A DNA stretch of 38,052 nt from an uncultured virus (IMG/VR IMGVR_UViG_3300039099_000002). Its lineage: Duplodnaviria > Heunggongvirae > Uroviricota > Caudoviricetes. Positions within the stretch are counted from its first letter, which is position 1. The number at the start of each line of letters is the position of its first letter. Location: IMG/VR virus record IMGVR_UViG_3300039099_000002; one strand, given 5' to 3'. This document shows positions 8,828 to 18,212 of the stretch, piece after piece. Position numbers and translations under genes: made by a program. The notes below the pieces were generated by a model that ran no database searches, was not told the origin of the DNA, and was given only the letters and a program-made list of their open reading frames with translations.

Positions 8828-9952
8828 TTAATTGTCCCTAGCCAAAATAGCTTTTTTAATGGAATTGCAGATTGCCTCCGATACAGGTGGACAGACACTG
8901 TTACCCAGACCATGCACATCTATTTTCTTGTTGCCACTCCATTTATAATCTTTGTCAAATCCCTGTAACCTTGCCAAAGCGTCTGTATTTAAATTTTTAG
9001 TATCGCAATCATCAATTAGTACGTCAATGACTTTATTTCTTGTGCCACCTTTGCCATCGTCACACAGCGAAGAAACCAAAGTCCAACACGGCTGTAGCGA
9101 ATCTTTTATTTTTGGAATTTTAAAATACCCAATTCTCTGCACCAAAAACGCATTCTTAGGTAATAGCACCTTCGGGATTACATTATGTTCTCCTATTGAG
9201 GCTGTAATAGCGAAAGATGGGGTTTCAGAGTCCCTTGTTGCATAACTTTTTTGTTGCAACTGGACAAACTCTATTTGTTTATTAGTCAATTTTGATGGCT
9301 CTAGCTTGTCAATAATATCGGCGATCGCCTCATACCAGCCAACCCACCGGTTTTTAAATAAATGGAGTTGATCGCCTAGACATTCAGTGTGCGTTGTTTC
9401 TATTGTTGGCAGATTATAGTTTGGCGCAGCAGCAATCATGAACAACCGGGTTCTTGTTTGAGGTACGCCAAAATCTGCGGCGTTTAAAATATGCTCTTCG
9501 ATTTTGTAGCCAAGGGTTGAGAGAAAGAGCTTAAAGTTTTTATAAACTCCACTTTTTCTGTAAAGCTTGACGTTCTCAAGCACAACGTACTCCGGCATAA
9601 ATATTTTGTAAAAATCGTGAGTATTGCCCAATATGTTAGCTCGTGATGATTTTGCATCTCTTTTTTTGTTTAGTGTGGTGTGATCTTGACATGGTGGGGA
9701 TGTTTGGTGAACTAAAACTAATCCATTCTGTTTCCTTTCTGTGGGGAGTGGAATGTTTAGCTCATTAAAATCAACCTCTGTAATATTTTTATAGATCAGA
9801 TGATCTCTGTTGACGTTTGTTCTATATAGTTCTGCTATTTCTGGGCGTTTTTCATCCCACTCAATGCCACTGATAACATCAAATCCAGCTTTTTTTGCCC
9901 CAGATGCAAATCCACCACACCCACTAAAATGTGAACTAAATTTAATATCCAT
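8828..9952 (-). CDS. Orphan C5 cytosine DNA methyltransferase
   Basis: Motif I FSGCGG, IV SPPCQ, VI LENV, VIII PQTRTRLF, IX RLQGF, X LGNSV; no restriction enzyme recognisable nearby. Confidence 0.95.
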   Translation of the reverse strand: MDIKFSSHFSGCGGFASGAKKAGFDVISGIEWDEKRPEIAELYRTNVNRDHLIYKNITEVDFNELNIPLPTERKQNGLVLVHQTSPPCQDHTTLNKKRDAKSSRANILGNTHDFYKIFMPEYVVLENVKLYRKSGVYKNFKLFLSTLGYKIEEHILNAADFGVPQTRTRLFMIAAAPNYNLPTIETTHTECLGDQLHLFKNRWVGWYEAIADIIDKLEPSKLTNKQIEFVQLQQKSYATRDSETPSFAITASIGEHNVIPKVLLPKNAFLVQRIGYFKIPKIKDSLQPCWTLVSSLCDDGKGGTRNKVIDVLIDDCDTKNLNTDALARLQGFDKDYKWSGNKKIDVHGLGNSVCPPVSEAICNSIKKAILARDN

Positions 9953-9982
9953 TGTTTTTAATTGTGCTACACATATTAATAT

Positions 9983-10012
9983 ATAATACTACAGCTAACA
10001 CATAGATGTCAA
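9983..10012 (-). promoter_or_regulatory. Conserved element promoter, copy 3 (methyltransferase)
   Basis: Minus strand TTGACA-tctatgtgttagctgtag-TATTAT. Confidence 0.7.
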
Positions 10013-10107
10013 GAATCTTTTGTAACAAGTTTCTGCGAAATATGGTATTATGAAATGTTGACATAAGGAATGGGTTTGTTACCTGAGATTATTCTATGTA
10101 ATTTTAC

Positions 10108-10148
10108 CTAAGTGCGACAGATTTTACAATAAAATCTGTCGCACTTAG
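10108..10148. terminator. Perfect inverted repeat, 19-bp arms
   Basis: ctaagtgcgacagatttta-caa-taaaatctgtcgcacttag abutting the stop of 10149..10520. Confidence 0.7.
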
Positions 10149-10520
10149 TTATTGTTGTGTATTGACATCAAATGGTAATTTTCTGAGTTTTTCATCTACC
10201 TGTTTTGCGTCAACGTATAGACCGTCCCATCTTCCTATTGTTAGCGAACAAGCAGCCCAATAACCCGTAGGATGATCTTGCTTGTTCGCTAACAAATCAT
10301 GGACATAATAGGATTCAAATCCAGTTACACCATTTAAAAACTTGATAGAGTAACCATGCGCCCCTTCTTCTATTAAATAGTAGACTTTCACCGGAGTTCT
10401 TTCGTCGGTTATGCAATCAACTCTGTATCCACTAACCCAATCATAGAATGTTGTGGGAATCAAACATCTGCCTTTCTTGTCCTCCAACTCTCTTGTCAAA
10501 GCATTAAAATCAATAGCCAT
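10149..10520 (-). CDS. Hypothetical protein
   Basis: 123-aa ORF between the promoter copy at 10549-10577 and a hairpin. Confidence 0.75.
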   Translation of the reverse strand: MAIDFNALTRELEDKKGRCLIPTTFYDWVSGYRVDCITDERTPVKVYYLIEEGAHGYSIKFLNGVTGFESYYVHDLLANKQDHPTGYWAACSLTIGRWDGLYVDAKQVDEKLRKLPFDVNTQQ

Positions 10521-10548
10521 AGTCTTTTTAAATTACTGAATTAAATAT

Positions 10549-10577
10549 ATAATACTATGGCTAACAGACAAAGTCAA
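10549..10577 (-). promoter_or_regulatory. Conserved element promoter, copy 4
   Basis: Minus strand TTGACT-ttgtctgttagccatag-TATTAT. Confidence 0.75.
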
Positions 10578-10757
10578 CTAATTCTGCTGTTTATAGTTTT
10601 GCAAACTGATTATTTCTAGCAAATCTGATTTAATGCGACTATTAATTAACGCTAAATCAACAAAATCAATAAAAGTTATTAATTTTGATTCAATCAGTCT
10701 ATTCCCGTCAAATTTTGGCACTAAGTGTTGATTTTTATTTAAAATAATGCGAGGTTT

Positions 10758-11021
10758 TTATTTAATTTGTTTTCTGTATCGTTTTGCACGAATATGCCCG
10801 CGTATTGGCAATCTTTTTGCTGTTAATTCTTGCTGCACACCATCCGTTGGGCTTGCATCTTTTTGTTGCTGCTGTGCCATTTTAAAACTTGTTACCGCAT
10901 TAGCAAGCAGCGCAAAACTAAGCGTCCCAGCTAGGAAACATAAGATTGGCATTGATAGTCCGCCCACTTCTTTGGGGACAATTAAAATTCGTGGCGAGTC
11001 GTTCTCTGTTGCGTGTGACAT
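10758..11021 (-). CDS. Small single-pass membrane protein
   Basis: 87 aa with the hydrophobic segment LSMPILCFLAGTLSFALLA. Confidence 0.55.
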   Translation of the reverse strand: MSHATENDSPRILIVPKEVGGLSMPILCFLAGTLSFALLANAVTSFKMAQQQQKDASPTDGVQQELTAKRLPIRGHIRAKRYRKQIK

Positions 11022-11054
11022 AAATTTTGTTCTCTATAAAACCGAGAATTGCTT

Positions 11055-11333
11055 TTAACGTCTGTGATTATCCATAAAAGTCGCAATACCCAAAGCAAGC
11101 GAAACACAAGATACTACTGGCAAAACCATTGGACTACCAACGGCAACACCAAACAGTATCGCACCAGCAAAAAACCCAGCGGCATAGAGGTTCTTGCCTG
11201 TTTCTATCGGAGCATTTTCAAAGTTTTCTAGTAAAGCTGCAATCATAGGTATCATCTCCTTTTTTCTTTGTTCTTCTGCCTGTAAAAACGCGACAGTTAC
11301 ATAAACCAAGGCACTGAGGTATAATTCTTGCAC
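11055..11333 (-). CDS. Small membrane protein
   Basis: 92 aa with 2-3 hydrophobic segments. Confidence 0.55.
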   Translation of the reverse strand: MQELYLSALVYVTVAFLQAEEQRKKEMIPMIAALLENFENAPIETGKNLYAAGFFAGAILFGVAVGSPMVLPVVSCVSLALGIATFMDNHRR

Positions 11334-11386
11334 TCGGCTTTTTTCTTCTTGTGCAAGAATTTCTATCGCGTCAACCAGTACCTTCT

Positions 11387-12073
11387 CTATTTTCCCTCGG
11401 CCGACTGGGGCGCAGAATTGTTTAGTCCCGCCAATCTTTCAAATATGCTGGCAACCATACCTTCTGTAGACTTTTGGCTTGCTTTTGATACTTTATTCGC
11501 TTCAATGCTTCTTGAATAGCTTTCTTGTATTTTAGTTAACAAACCGTCAGCCAATGATAATGCTTTTGTTTTTTGGTCTTCGTGCATTGCTTTATTGACA
11601 TTCGTCAAAATTTCTCGAATCTGCACTTGAGTTCTAAACTTGCCGTCAAGTTTGGCAAGTTCTAAAACTATCCCCTCTGTTACCCCAGACGTTGTTGCTT
11701 CCGAAATTTGTTGATCAAGCTGAATTTCACTAAGTTGTTGGATTCCTGCGTTTTGAACAGCGATCGCAGATTGAATAGTATCTTCTATCTTTTCAATTGC
11801 ACCGGGCTGGACACTATTTATGGGTTCATCATTTATGTGATCGGTCGTAGACTGAACGCTCCATGATGACAGTGCTGCCCTAAAATCTTTCTCTGTTACG
11901 CCCGATTTTGTCAAGGCTACAAAAACCTTGGATCTGAAATCTTCTACATTTAGAGGTAATTCAGTCGTATCTGACCATCCATCAACTTTGAAGCCTGTCC
12001 CAGCCATTTCAGTCAAAAAATTTTCAACATTTCCGCCGAAGAATTTGTCGGCTATAGCTTTTACTTTTGTCAT
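11387..12073 (-). CDS. Hypothetical coiled-coil protein
   Basis: Long ORF; likely start MTKVK at 12073; Q/E/K-rich helical C-terminal half. Confidence 0.65.
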   Translation of the reverse strand: MTKVKAIADKFFGGNVENFLTEMAGTGFKVDGWSDTTELPLNVEDFRSKVFVALTKSGVTEKDFRAALSSWSVQSTTDHINDEPINSVQPGAIEKIEDTIQSAIAVQNAGIQQLSEIQLDQQISEATTSGVTEGIVLELAKLDGKFRTQVQIREILTNVNKAMHEDQKTKALSLADGLLTKIQESYSRSIEANKVSKASQKSTEGMVASIFERLAGLNNSAPQSAEGK

Positions 12074-12226
12074 AATTGCCTTGTTGTTGTTTAATATAGA
12101 TACGATATTAACACGATATTTTAATATTTTCAACAATATTGACATAATATTTTTAATAATTTTGGCTTTCTTTGGATAGAGAAAGCCAAACAGGTGTAAC
12201 AAAATCCGAATGCTCCATACGTAAAA

Positions 12227-13222
12227 CTAGGTAATTATCAAATTTGATAAAAGCTCTCTATTTGGGAACGATGGAATACCTTGATCGTCAAACTCTTGTC
12301 TATCTATCCAGTTGATTAAATCAGAGTCTCGTCCTGCTGGCGATCTTGCTAAAAGTCCATTCATCTGTGCTAGTTTTGTAATCATTGGCATTGCTGCAAA
12401 AACAATACCTCTGTTGTCGGATTTATACTCAATTACTGACTTTGACATACCCTTGAGAGTATTGGAGAGTTTATTTGTTAGCCACTCCCTAATATTGGAC
12501 AGCACCTTTTTATTGGGGGAGCTTAAATTAATTGCTCGCCCATCAATATTCATAGATATTTCTGCCTGTAATGATGATTTTTTTCTTGTTCGCATATTTT
12601 TATCACATACATAGTAAACGCGCTTAAATACAGTGCCGATAGGTTTGTTCTCTAAAGTGATTTTATATTTTTGATACAAAAATTGTTCACCTACAAGGCT
12701 AAATTCGCATAATTTTTCTTGTTCGTGTTTTTCATCAATTTCTGCATCTGATTCAATTTCATCAAAATTTACAGGGACATCATGAGTCACAGTTTTGTAC
12801 AAGGCTTTGTATGCCCTAATTGGTGAACACAATTTAACGGTATGGGATAAATACTCGCCATTCCGTTGCTTGGCTTTTTTTGAGAACTCTTCACCAAAAG
12901 CCAATAGGTGTAACTTACGAATTATCTGTGTGGAGAGGGGATTCTCTACTTTTTTGATTTTGTATCTTTCGCACATCTCGTTATACATTTCAAGAGCGCG
13001 ATCGCTTGATCTCAAAACAACCTCATTAATTCCATCGCCAGGGAGATAACCATATTTTATCCCAGACTTTTCGTATACAGATGCCGAAACCAGAACGGCA
13101 GCCTCCTTGTAGGAAATTACTCTAAATATGTCATCTACAACATTAAAAATATTTTCTCTTATCGTTTCATTCTCTGAATTGTCACCACAAGAATTACTCG
13201 AAGTTTCCGCAATCGTAAGCAT
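12227..13222 (-). CDS. Hypothetical protein
   Basis: 331-aa ORF with GAGG upstream; no recognised motif. Confidence 0.75.
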   Translation of the reverse strand: MLTIAETSSNSCGDNSENETIRENIFNVVDDIFRVISYKEAAVLVSASVYEKSGIKYGYLPGDGINEVVLRSSDRALEMYNEMCERYKIKKVENPLSTQIIRKLHLLAFGEEFSKKAKQRNGEYLSHTVKLCSPIRAYKALYKTVTHDVPVNFDEIESDAEIDEKHEQEKLCEFSLVGEQFLYQKYKITLENKPIGTVFKRVYYVCDKNMRTRKKSSLQAEISMNIDGRAINLSSPNKKVLSNIREWLTNKLSNTLKGMSKSVIEYKSDNRGIVFAAMPMITKLAQMNGLLARSPAGRDSDLINWIDRQEFDDQGIPSFPNRELLSNLIIT

Positions 13223-13300
13223 TTTATCCTCTCATATTTTGTTACAATATTATAGCAATATTTTTAAATAAAAAACAATATTGCTATAATATTTTGAATT

Positions 13301-13597
13301 TTAAGCTGGTGTGCCGTATCTTCTTTTTGTCTGTTTTTGCTTTTTAAATAAGCCCCTGGCATTTCTGAATACAGAAAAATACTGATCTATAATATACTGC
13401 TCTGCCATCCTATACGTATCTTTTGGCACAGAGTCAGATCCGTTAATTACTTTTGCAGCGTAGCTACCATCGTCCAGTTTTGTAAATTCACCAACAATAT
13501 TGCCGTTTATAATTACAACGGTTATGTTTGTGTGCGTATTATTACAAGAAACTGTGTATTCTATACCTTGTTTTTCAATAACGAAGTGTGATGACAT
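13301..13597 (-). CDS. Hypothetical protein
   Basis: Likely ATG start at 13597 (MSSHF...). Confidence 0.55.
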   Translation of the reverse strand: MSSHFVIEKQGIEYTVSCNNTHTNITVVIINGNIVGEFTKLDDGSYAAKVINGSDSVPKDTYRMAEQYIIDQYFSVFRNARGLFKKQKQTKRRYGTPA

Positions 13598-13771
13598 AGC
13601 TGTAATGTTCTTTGTGTTTGGGTACAAATTAATTATAACACAATATAAACTCAATATTATTGTGCAATATTGATATTTAGTTTAAGCTTGGTGCGACTAT
13701 CTACAGACAACAAACACTTGACAGATGTTTACCAAGTAATATATAATATTATTTTGCTAGTAATAACAAAA

Positions 13772-14407
13772 ATGAAAGATGAATTTGAACAACAACAAGA
13801 TATTGTTGTGTCGGCACAACAAGTTAATTCAGCTTTGGTGCAAGGGTTAAAATCGGCAACTAAAAATTTGGTTACCAATGATTTGTATTTGCCAAGGAAA
13901 GAGTACAAATCACCAGAAGTTAGGCAAATTTTTGACTACGGAATAATTGAGAAAGAGGCGGAAACCTCAACACAAAGAAACTGGAGGAATTTTTCTGTAA
14001 TTTCTTCGGCATTTGGAACTTGGTACTTGACTTCTGGAATTATAAAAGTTTCAGTTTTGACTACTGCATCATTAGGTGCAGGGTTTGTGCTACCTGGGAT
14101 TGGAATTGTGTACTGTGGAGTAAAATCAGTATCGCACTTTTTAAACAAAGAATACAATGATTCAATGGGATGCTCACTGGTTGGCGGTATTATAATTACG
14201 TCTACTGCAAGCACCATTATTCCTCTGTGGCAATCACAAGGAAGAACAGAAAGAGATCTGGGAAAATATAAACTTGAAAGGGATCAATATCAACAGTATT
14301 CAGAGGGGTATAAACCGACATTTAATCTTGATGGATTTGCTCCATTACTAATAATATGGGGTATAGCTATTGGAATTAAAATATTAACGACGAGGAGTGA
14401 AAAGTGA
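13772..14407 (+). CDS. Multi-pass membrane protein
   Basis: Likely start MKDEF at 13772; about 4 hydrophobic segments. Confidence 0.7.
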   Translation: MKDEFEQQQDIVVSAQQVNSALVQGLKSATKNLVTNDLYLPRKEYKSPEVRQIFDYGIIEKEAETSTQRNWRNFSVISSAFGTWYLTSGIIKVSVLTTASLGAGFVLPGIGIVYCGVKSVSHFLNKEYNDSMGCSLVGGIIITSTASTIIPLWQSQGRTERDLGKYKLERDQYQQYSEGYKPTFNLDGFAPLLIIWGIAIGIKILTTRSEK

Positions 14408-15123
14408 AAATACAAAAAAATCTTGTTTTCAAGGCTGACGGCAAAACATGGAAAACAGTAGAGCTAAATAAAAGATCATGGAAGTGTGTAAATACAAATG
14501 ATCCACTTGAGGTTGTTATATTTTCATCTATAAAAATATCTTCAAGCGTAAAAGACAGCACAGATGATACTAGTCAAAAATCTATAGAAAATATTGCCAA
14601 AGAAATAGAAATTGGAATGGGATTTTTTGATGAATTTGGTAACATTTTGTCAATTGCAGAAAAATTGCCAGACGGATTTTGGGTGTGCCAACTTAATAAA
14701 AAAGATAAAAGTGAGAAAGAGGATATAACAATATATTATTCACGATATATCGCTATATCTATCCATCATTTTGGGAAAGCAATATTTTTTAATGATGCAG
14801 AAGAAAACGAAGACATAAAAAGAGCCAAACAATCTAATTCTTCTAGAAAATATCTTGCAACTGAAAAAGGTAAAGAAGCATTAAGGAAGTATAGAATGAG
14901 CAAAAAAGGTAGAGATGCTACAAACAAAGCAATTAAAAAATATTTTGCAACTGAGAAAGGAAAAGAAGCGAAAAAAAGGTACATGAAAAAATACAAAGCT
15001 AGACCTGAAGTGCAGGAAAGGCAGCGCGAGAGAGATAGAGCAAGAGATAGGACTGAATATATGAGGAATTATATGCGAGAAAGAAGAAAAAAGAAATCCA
15101 CGGAAAAAAGCGCACAAACATAA
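14404..15123 (+). CDS. Hypothetical protein with a very basic C-terminal tail of KY.ATEKGK repeats (putative nucleic-acid binding)
   Basis: GTGA overlap with the upstream gene; repeats KYLATEKGKEA, KYRMSKKGRDA, KYFATEKGKEA. Confidence 0.7.
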   Translation: MKIQKNLVFKADGKTWKTVELNKRSWKCVNTNDPLEVVIFSSIKISSSVKDSTDDTSQKSIENIAKEIEIGMGFFDEFGNILSIAEKLPDGFWVCQLNKKDKSEKEDITIYYSRYIAISIHHFGKAIFFNDAEENEDIKRAKQSNSSRKYLATEKGKEALRKYRMSKKGRDATNKAIKKYFATEKGKEAKKRYMKKYKARPEVQERQRERDRARDRTEYMRNYMRERRKKKSTEKSAQT

Positions 15124-15137
15124 AATTTTTAACAATG

Positions 15138-15178
15138 AATAATAAACCGACAAGATTTAATCTTGTCGGTTTATTATT
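15138..15178. terminator. Perfect inverted repeat, 20-bp arms, between convergent genes
   Basis: aataataaaccgacaagatt-t-aatcttgtcggtttattatt. Confidence 0.7.
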
Positions 15179-15199
15179 TGCCAAAATTAAAAATTATTA

Positions 15200-15532
15200 C
15201 TAAGGCTCAAGTCCGTCAATTTTTTTAAGTATGGGAAGATAAAAAACACTGCTACACCCAAGGGTGTCTCTTCCTGGTTTTCTCAATTCTCTTAAATCCT
15301 TCTTGTCAATTTCTATTTCTTTCTCGTTAGCGTAATCTTCAAGGTCGCTTACAAAATCTTGATATTGTTCGCTTCCTGGTGCTACTATCGCGTAGCAAAA
15401 CTGCCCAAACATATTTCTCCCTGAATAAGTAATAAGAGTTATATAACTTTCTTCTTCCCAAATTGTTATGTTGGCATGGTCAATAAACTCTTTTATCAGG
15501 GTTACAATTTTTTCTACTTTTGTAGCATCCAT
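15200..15532 (-). CDS. Hypothetical phage-like protein
   Basis: Start MDATK at 15532 lies behind the promoter copy at 15570-15598; contains YSGRNMFG...C and D.LG...VFY. Confidence 0.7.
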   Translation of the reverse strand: MDATKVEKIVTLIKEFIDHANITIWEEESYITLITYSGRNMFGQFCYAIVAPGSEQYQDFVSDLEDYANEKEIEIDKKDLRELRKPGRDTLGCSSVFYLPILKKIDGLEP

Positions 15533-15569
15533 GTTTTTCTTCGCTTTTTTGTTTTTCTTTACTGAATAT

Positions 15570-15598
15570 ATATTGCTATGGTTAACAAATAAAGTCAA
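15570..15598 (-). promoter_or_regulatory. Conserved element promoter, copy 5
   Basis: Minus strand TTGACT-ttatttgttaaccatag-CAATAT. Confidence 0.7.
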
Positions 15599-15699
15599 CC
15601 CTGCTTTCAAAATCATTTTTATATTACAAACGTATTACAAGAATTTTAGACATAGGTGCGTACTTGCATAATTTTTTGATTTTAATCAAAAATAAAATT

Positions 15700-16730
15700 G
15701 GGAAGATGATCACTTTCTTATAGGAAATTGCCCTTTTTTCTTTGTATCTTCCCTTTACTTTTGACACACCTTATGTTATAATCCGCCACAGATTTTTTAA
15801 CGAGAGAATGCGGGTTTGAGGCGTGTTACAAGATTTTGATTTTATCGGCGTTAGTCCAGGCTGGGAATGAATGTCTGTTTTGCCGGTTTGGAGACGGCTG
15901 CGGGGGAAATACCGACAAAGCTGGAAGCCTTACTGCGCGGGGATTGCAATATGTTTTGTCACCAAAGTTGGTGCAGATTTTAGGTTTTTTAGCCGGTGGC
16001 ACGGGTGTTAGTGAGGTGTTGGTACAAATGGGACGGCTGCGGGGGAATATTGCCAAAAACACAAAGTCCTTGCTACATAGGGATTGCAATATGTTTTTAC
16101 CGACAAAGCTAGGGCAGATTTTGGGTTTTTAGCCGGTGGCACGGGTGTTAGTGGGGTGTTGGTACAAATGTTTGGTTCGTGGATTTTGGGGACGGCTGCG
16201 GGGGAATATTGCCAAAAACACGAAACCCTTGCTGTGCGGGGATTGCAATATGTTTTTTGTCGCCAAGGCTGGACAGATTTTAGGTTTTTAAGCCGGTGGC
16301 ACGGGCGTTGTTAGGGCGTTGGTGCAAATGGTTGGTTTGCGGCTTGGGGGGAACGGCTGCGGGGGAATATTGCCAAAAACACGAAACCCTTGCTGTGCGG
16401 GGATTGCAATATGTTTTTACCGACAAGACTGGGCAGATTTTAGGTTTTTAGCTGGTGGCACGGGCGTTGTTAGGGCGTTGGTGCAAATGGTTGGTTTGCG
16501 GCTTGGGGGAACGGCTGCGGGGGAATATTGCCAAAAACACGAAACCCTTGCTGTGCGGGGATTGCAATATGTTTTTACCGACAAGACTGGGCAGATTTTA
16601 GGTTTTTAGCCGGTGGCACGGGCGTTGTTAGGGCGTTGGTGCAAATGGTTGGTTTGCGGCTTGGGGGGAACGGCTGCGGGGAATATTGCCAAAAACACGA
16701 AACCCTTGTTGTGTGGGGATTGCAATATGT
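15700..16730 (+). repeat. Repeat module, copy C: inverted-repeat box, promoter, lead unit and five tandem G-rich ~159-bp units
   Basis: GGATTGCAATATGTT recurs at 15941, 16081, 16240, 16401, 16559 and 16717 (periods 140, 159, 161, 158, 158). Upstream are GGGAAGAT..ATCTTCCC (15700-15753) and TTTACT-N17-TATAAT (15754-15782). Confidence 0.92.
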
Positions 16731-16791
16731 TATTTAATATAAAAACAGGGATGCTAGTGTGTATTGGCATCCCTGTTTTTATATTAAATAA
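16730..16791. terminator. Perfect inverted repeat, 25-bp arms, closing the array
   Basis: ttatttaatataaaaacagggatgc-N12-gcatccctgtttttatattaaataa. Confidence 0.75.
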
Positions 16792-16800
16792 GCGAAAGTA

Positions 16801-17340
16801 TCAATTAGTGGCGTAAGCCGACAGGTTTTGCAGCGAGTAATATTTTCTTTCTTCTCCAGTGTTGTTTTTGAGGGTAGCACCAATTGTTCCGTTTCCTAAC
16901 ATCTCTATTTTAGAGACAGTCATCAATCCGCCGTTGTAAGCTGGGCTTGGGTGCGACACTTGCGCCCCTATCAGTGTTCCCAGGTTTTTAACTGCGATCG
17001 CAATTTGAGTAAATGCAGCAAGCATATCACTTGGACACCGTTTTGCATCTACTGCATCTCCGCCAACTTCAATAATTGGAATTGGTGCAATTTGTTTTTT
17101 TAGTTCTGCCACTATTTGTTGACAAGGCTTATCGTTTTTGTGACAGTCGTCCAACCAAATGTGACGGTGGATAATAACGAGATTAGATTGAAGACAAATT
17201 TTCGTCATTGACTGTAAAAAATTTTTATTCGGTGCAATAAAGTATTTTGGTTTTATGATTTGTGGATTTGCGGATACAAATTCTTTAATCTGACCAAAGC
17301 AGTCATGTTCGTCAATTACAGTTATTTTGGGCGTAGACAT
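16801..17340 (-). CDS. Hypothetical protein
   Basis: 179-aa ORF behind the promoter copy at 17370-17398. Confidence 0.75.
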   Translation of the reverse strand: MSTPKITVIDEHDCFGQIKEFVSANPQIIKPKYFIAPNKNFLQSMTKICLQSNLVIIHRHIWLDDCHKNDKPCQQIVAELKKQIAPIPIIEVGGDAVDAKRCPSDMLAAFTQIAIAVKNLGTLIGAQVSHPSPAYNGGLMTVSKIEMLGNGTIGATLKNNTGEERKYYSLQNLSAYATN

Positions 17341-17369
17341 TGTTGCCTTTTTTTATTGGTTTTTTAAAC

Positions 17370-17398
17370 ATATTACTGTAGCTAACAAAAAAAGTCAA
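17370..17398 (-). promoter_or_regulatory. Conserved element promoter, copy 6
   Basis: Minus strand TTGACT-ttttttgttagctacag-TAATAT. Confidence 0.7.
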
Positions 17399-17530
17399 GC
17401 ATATAAAAAGCTACCCTTACAAATGTTTAGATAGCTTTTTTATATGTTCTATGTACTAATTTGCCATTGCCTGTAAAGCCTCTGAGGATTGTAAAAGTCT
17501 TAGTCGTGGTTTTTTGTTTTCTGTATTTTA

Positions 17531-17559
17531 ATATTACTACGGCTAACAAACAAGGTCAA
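17531..17559 (-). promoter_or_regulatory. Conserved element promoter, copy 7 (no intact ORF downstream)
   Basis: Minus strand TTGACC-ttgtttgttagccgtag-TAATAT. Confidence 0.65.
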
Positions 17560-17584
17560 GCGTTACTTTTGCAGAATAAACGCC

Positions 17585-18052
17585 TCAATTGTCGAACACT
17601 TTAGTGTATTCTTCGCCATCAACGTCACTTTCGCAGAACCAGACGCTTTCCACCCAATCAAACAAGTTGTGGCTGTTGCAGATAAGGGTGCAAATTTTTT
17701 TAAGGCATTCTAGTTCTCCGCCTTCAGAATAATTGTGGTGTAAAGTAAAAAATATCTTCGGGTAATTATCACCGTTAATCTCGTCCTCGTCAGAATGAAA
17801 CTGAATCATAAGGTTCTTTGTAAGCCCCAAATAGTTAAAAATGACATTTACCATTTTTAGAGATGGCGTTATCTCGAACCTTGGAAATCCAGGCAACTGA
17901 TTATAAAATGATTGATCTGCAAGAATTAAATGTCTTATACATTTTTCCAGTGCTGCGATCACTGGAAAAACTTCTTTTGTTTGTGTAACTATGTAGAATT
18001 TTGATGCGGTAGTCACAGTATCTTCCTTGTTGTTGATTGAATTTAAACACAT
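17585..18052 (-). CDS. Hypothetical protein
   Basis: 155-aa ORF; the start may be a downstream GTG. Confidence 0.65.
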   Translation of the reverse strand: MCLNSINNKEDTVTTASKFYIVTQTKEVFPVIAALEKCIRHLILADQSFYNQLPGFPRFEITPSLKMVNVIFNYLGLTKNLMIQFHSDEDEINGDNYPKIFFTLHHNYSEGGELECLKKICTLICNSHNLFDWVESVWFCESDVDGEEYTKVFDN

Positions 18053-18171
18053 TGTGCTAACTATAAAATTATAGTTTTAATCGCCGTCAACTTATTAATT
18101 CGCCTAAGTGTATTTTAGCTAGATCTATTCCTTTTTCTTTGGTGATCATTAATTAATTGTGCTAAATTATT

Positions 18172-18212
18172 AATATTTTGTAGTGACTTAAATTAAGTCA
18201 CTACAAAATATT
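18172..18212. terminator. Perfect inverted repeat, 19-bp arms
   Basis: aatattttgtagtgactta-aat-taagtcactacaaaatatt. Confidence 0.6.

Noticed and set aside
15755..15782. dif/Xer site suggested by TTATGTTATAA
   Set aside because: No XerC-like arm at the 6-bp spacing; the motif is better explained as an extended -10 box.
15941..16730. CRISPR array
   Set aside because: Units are similar along their whole ~159 bp, with no 25-45-bp repeat and unique-spacer alternation, and no cas genes.
15826..16816. ORFs across the repeat units (RGLQYVF peptides), also at 4582-4885 and 23892-24770
   Set aside because: Unit lengths of 140, 158 and 161 bp shift the frame, and the ORFs have no consistent starts; they are by-products of the DNA repeat.
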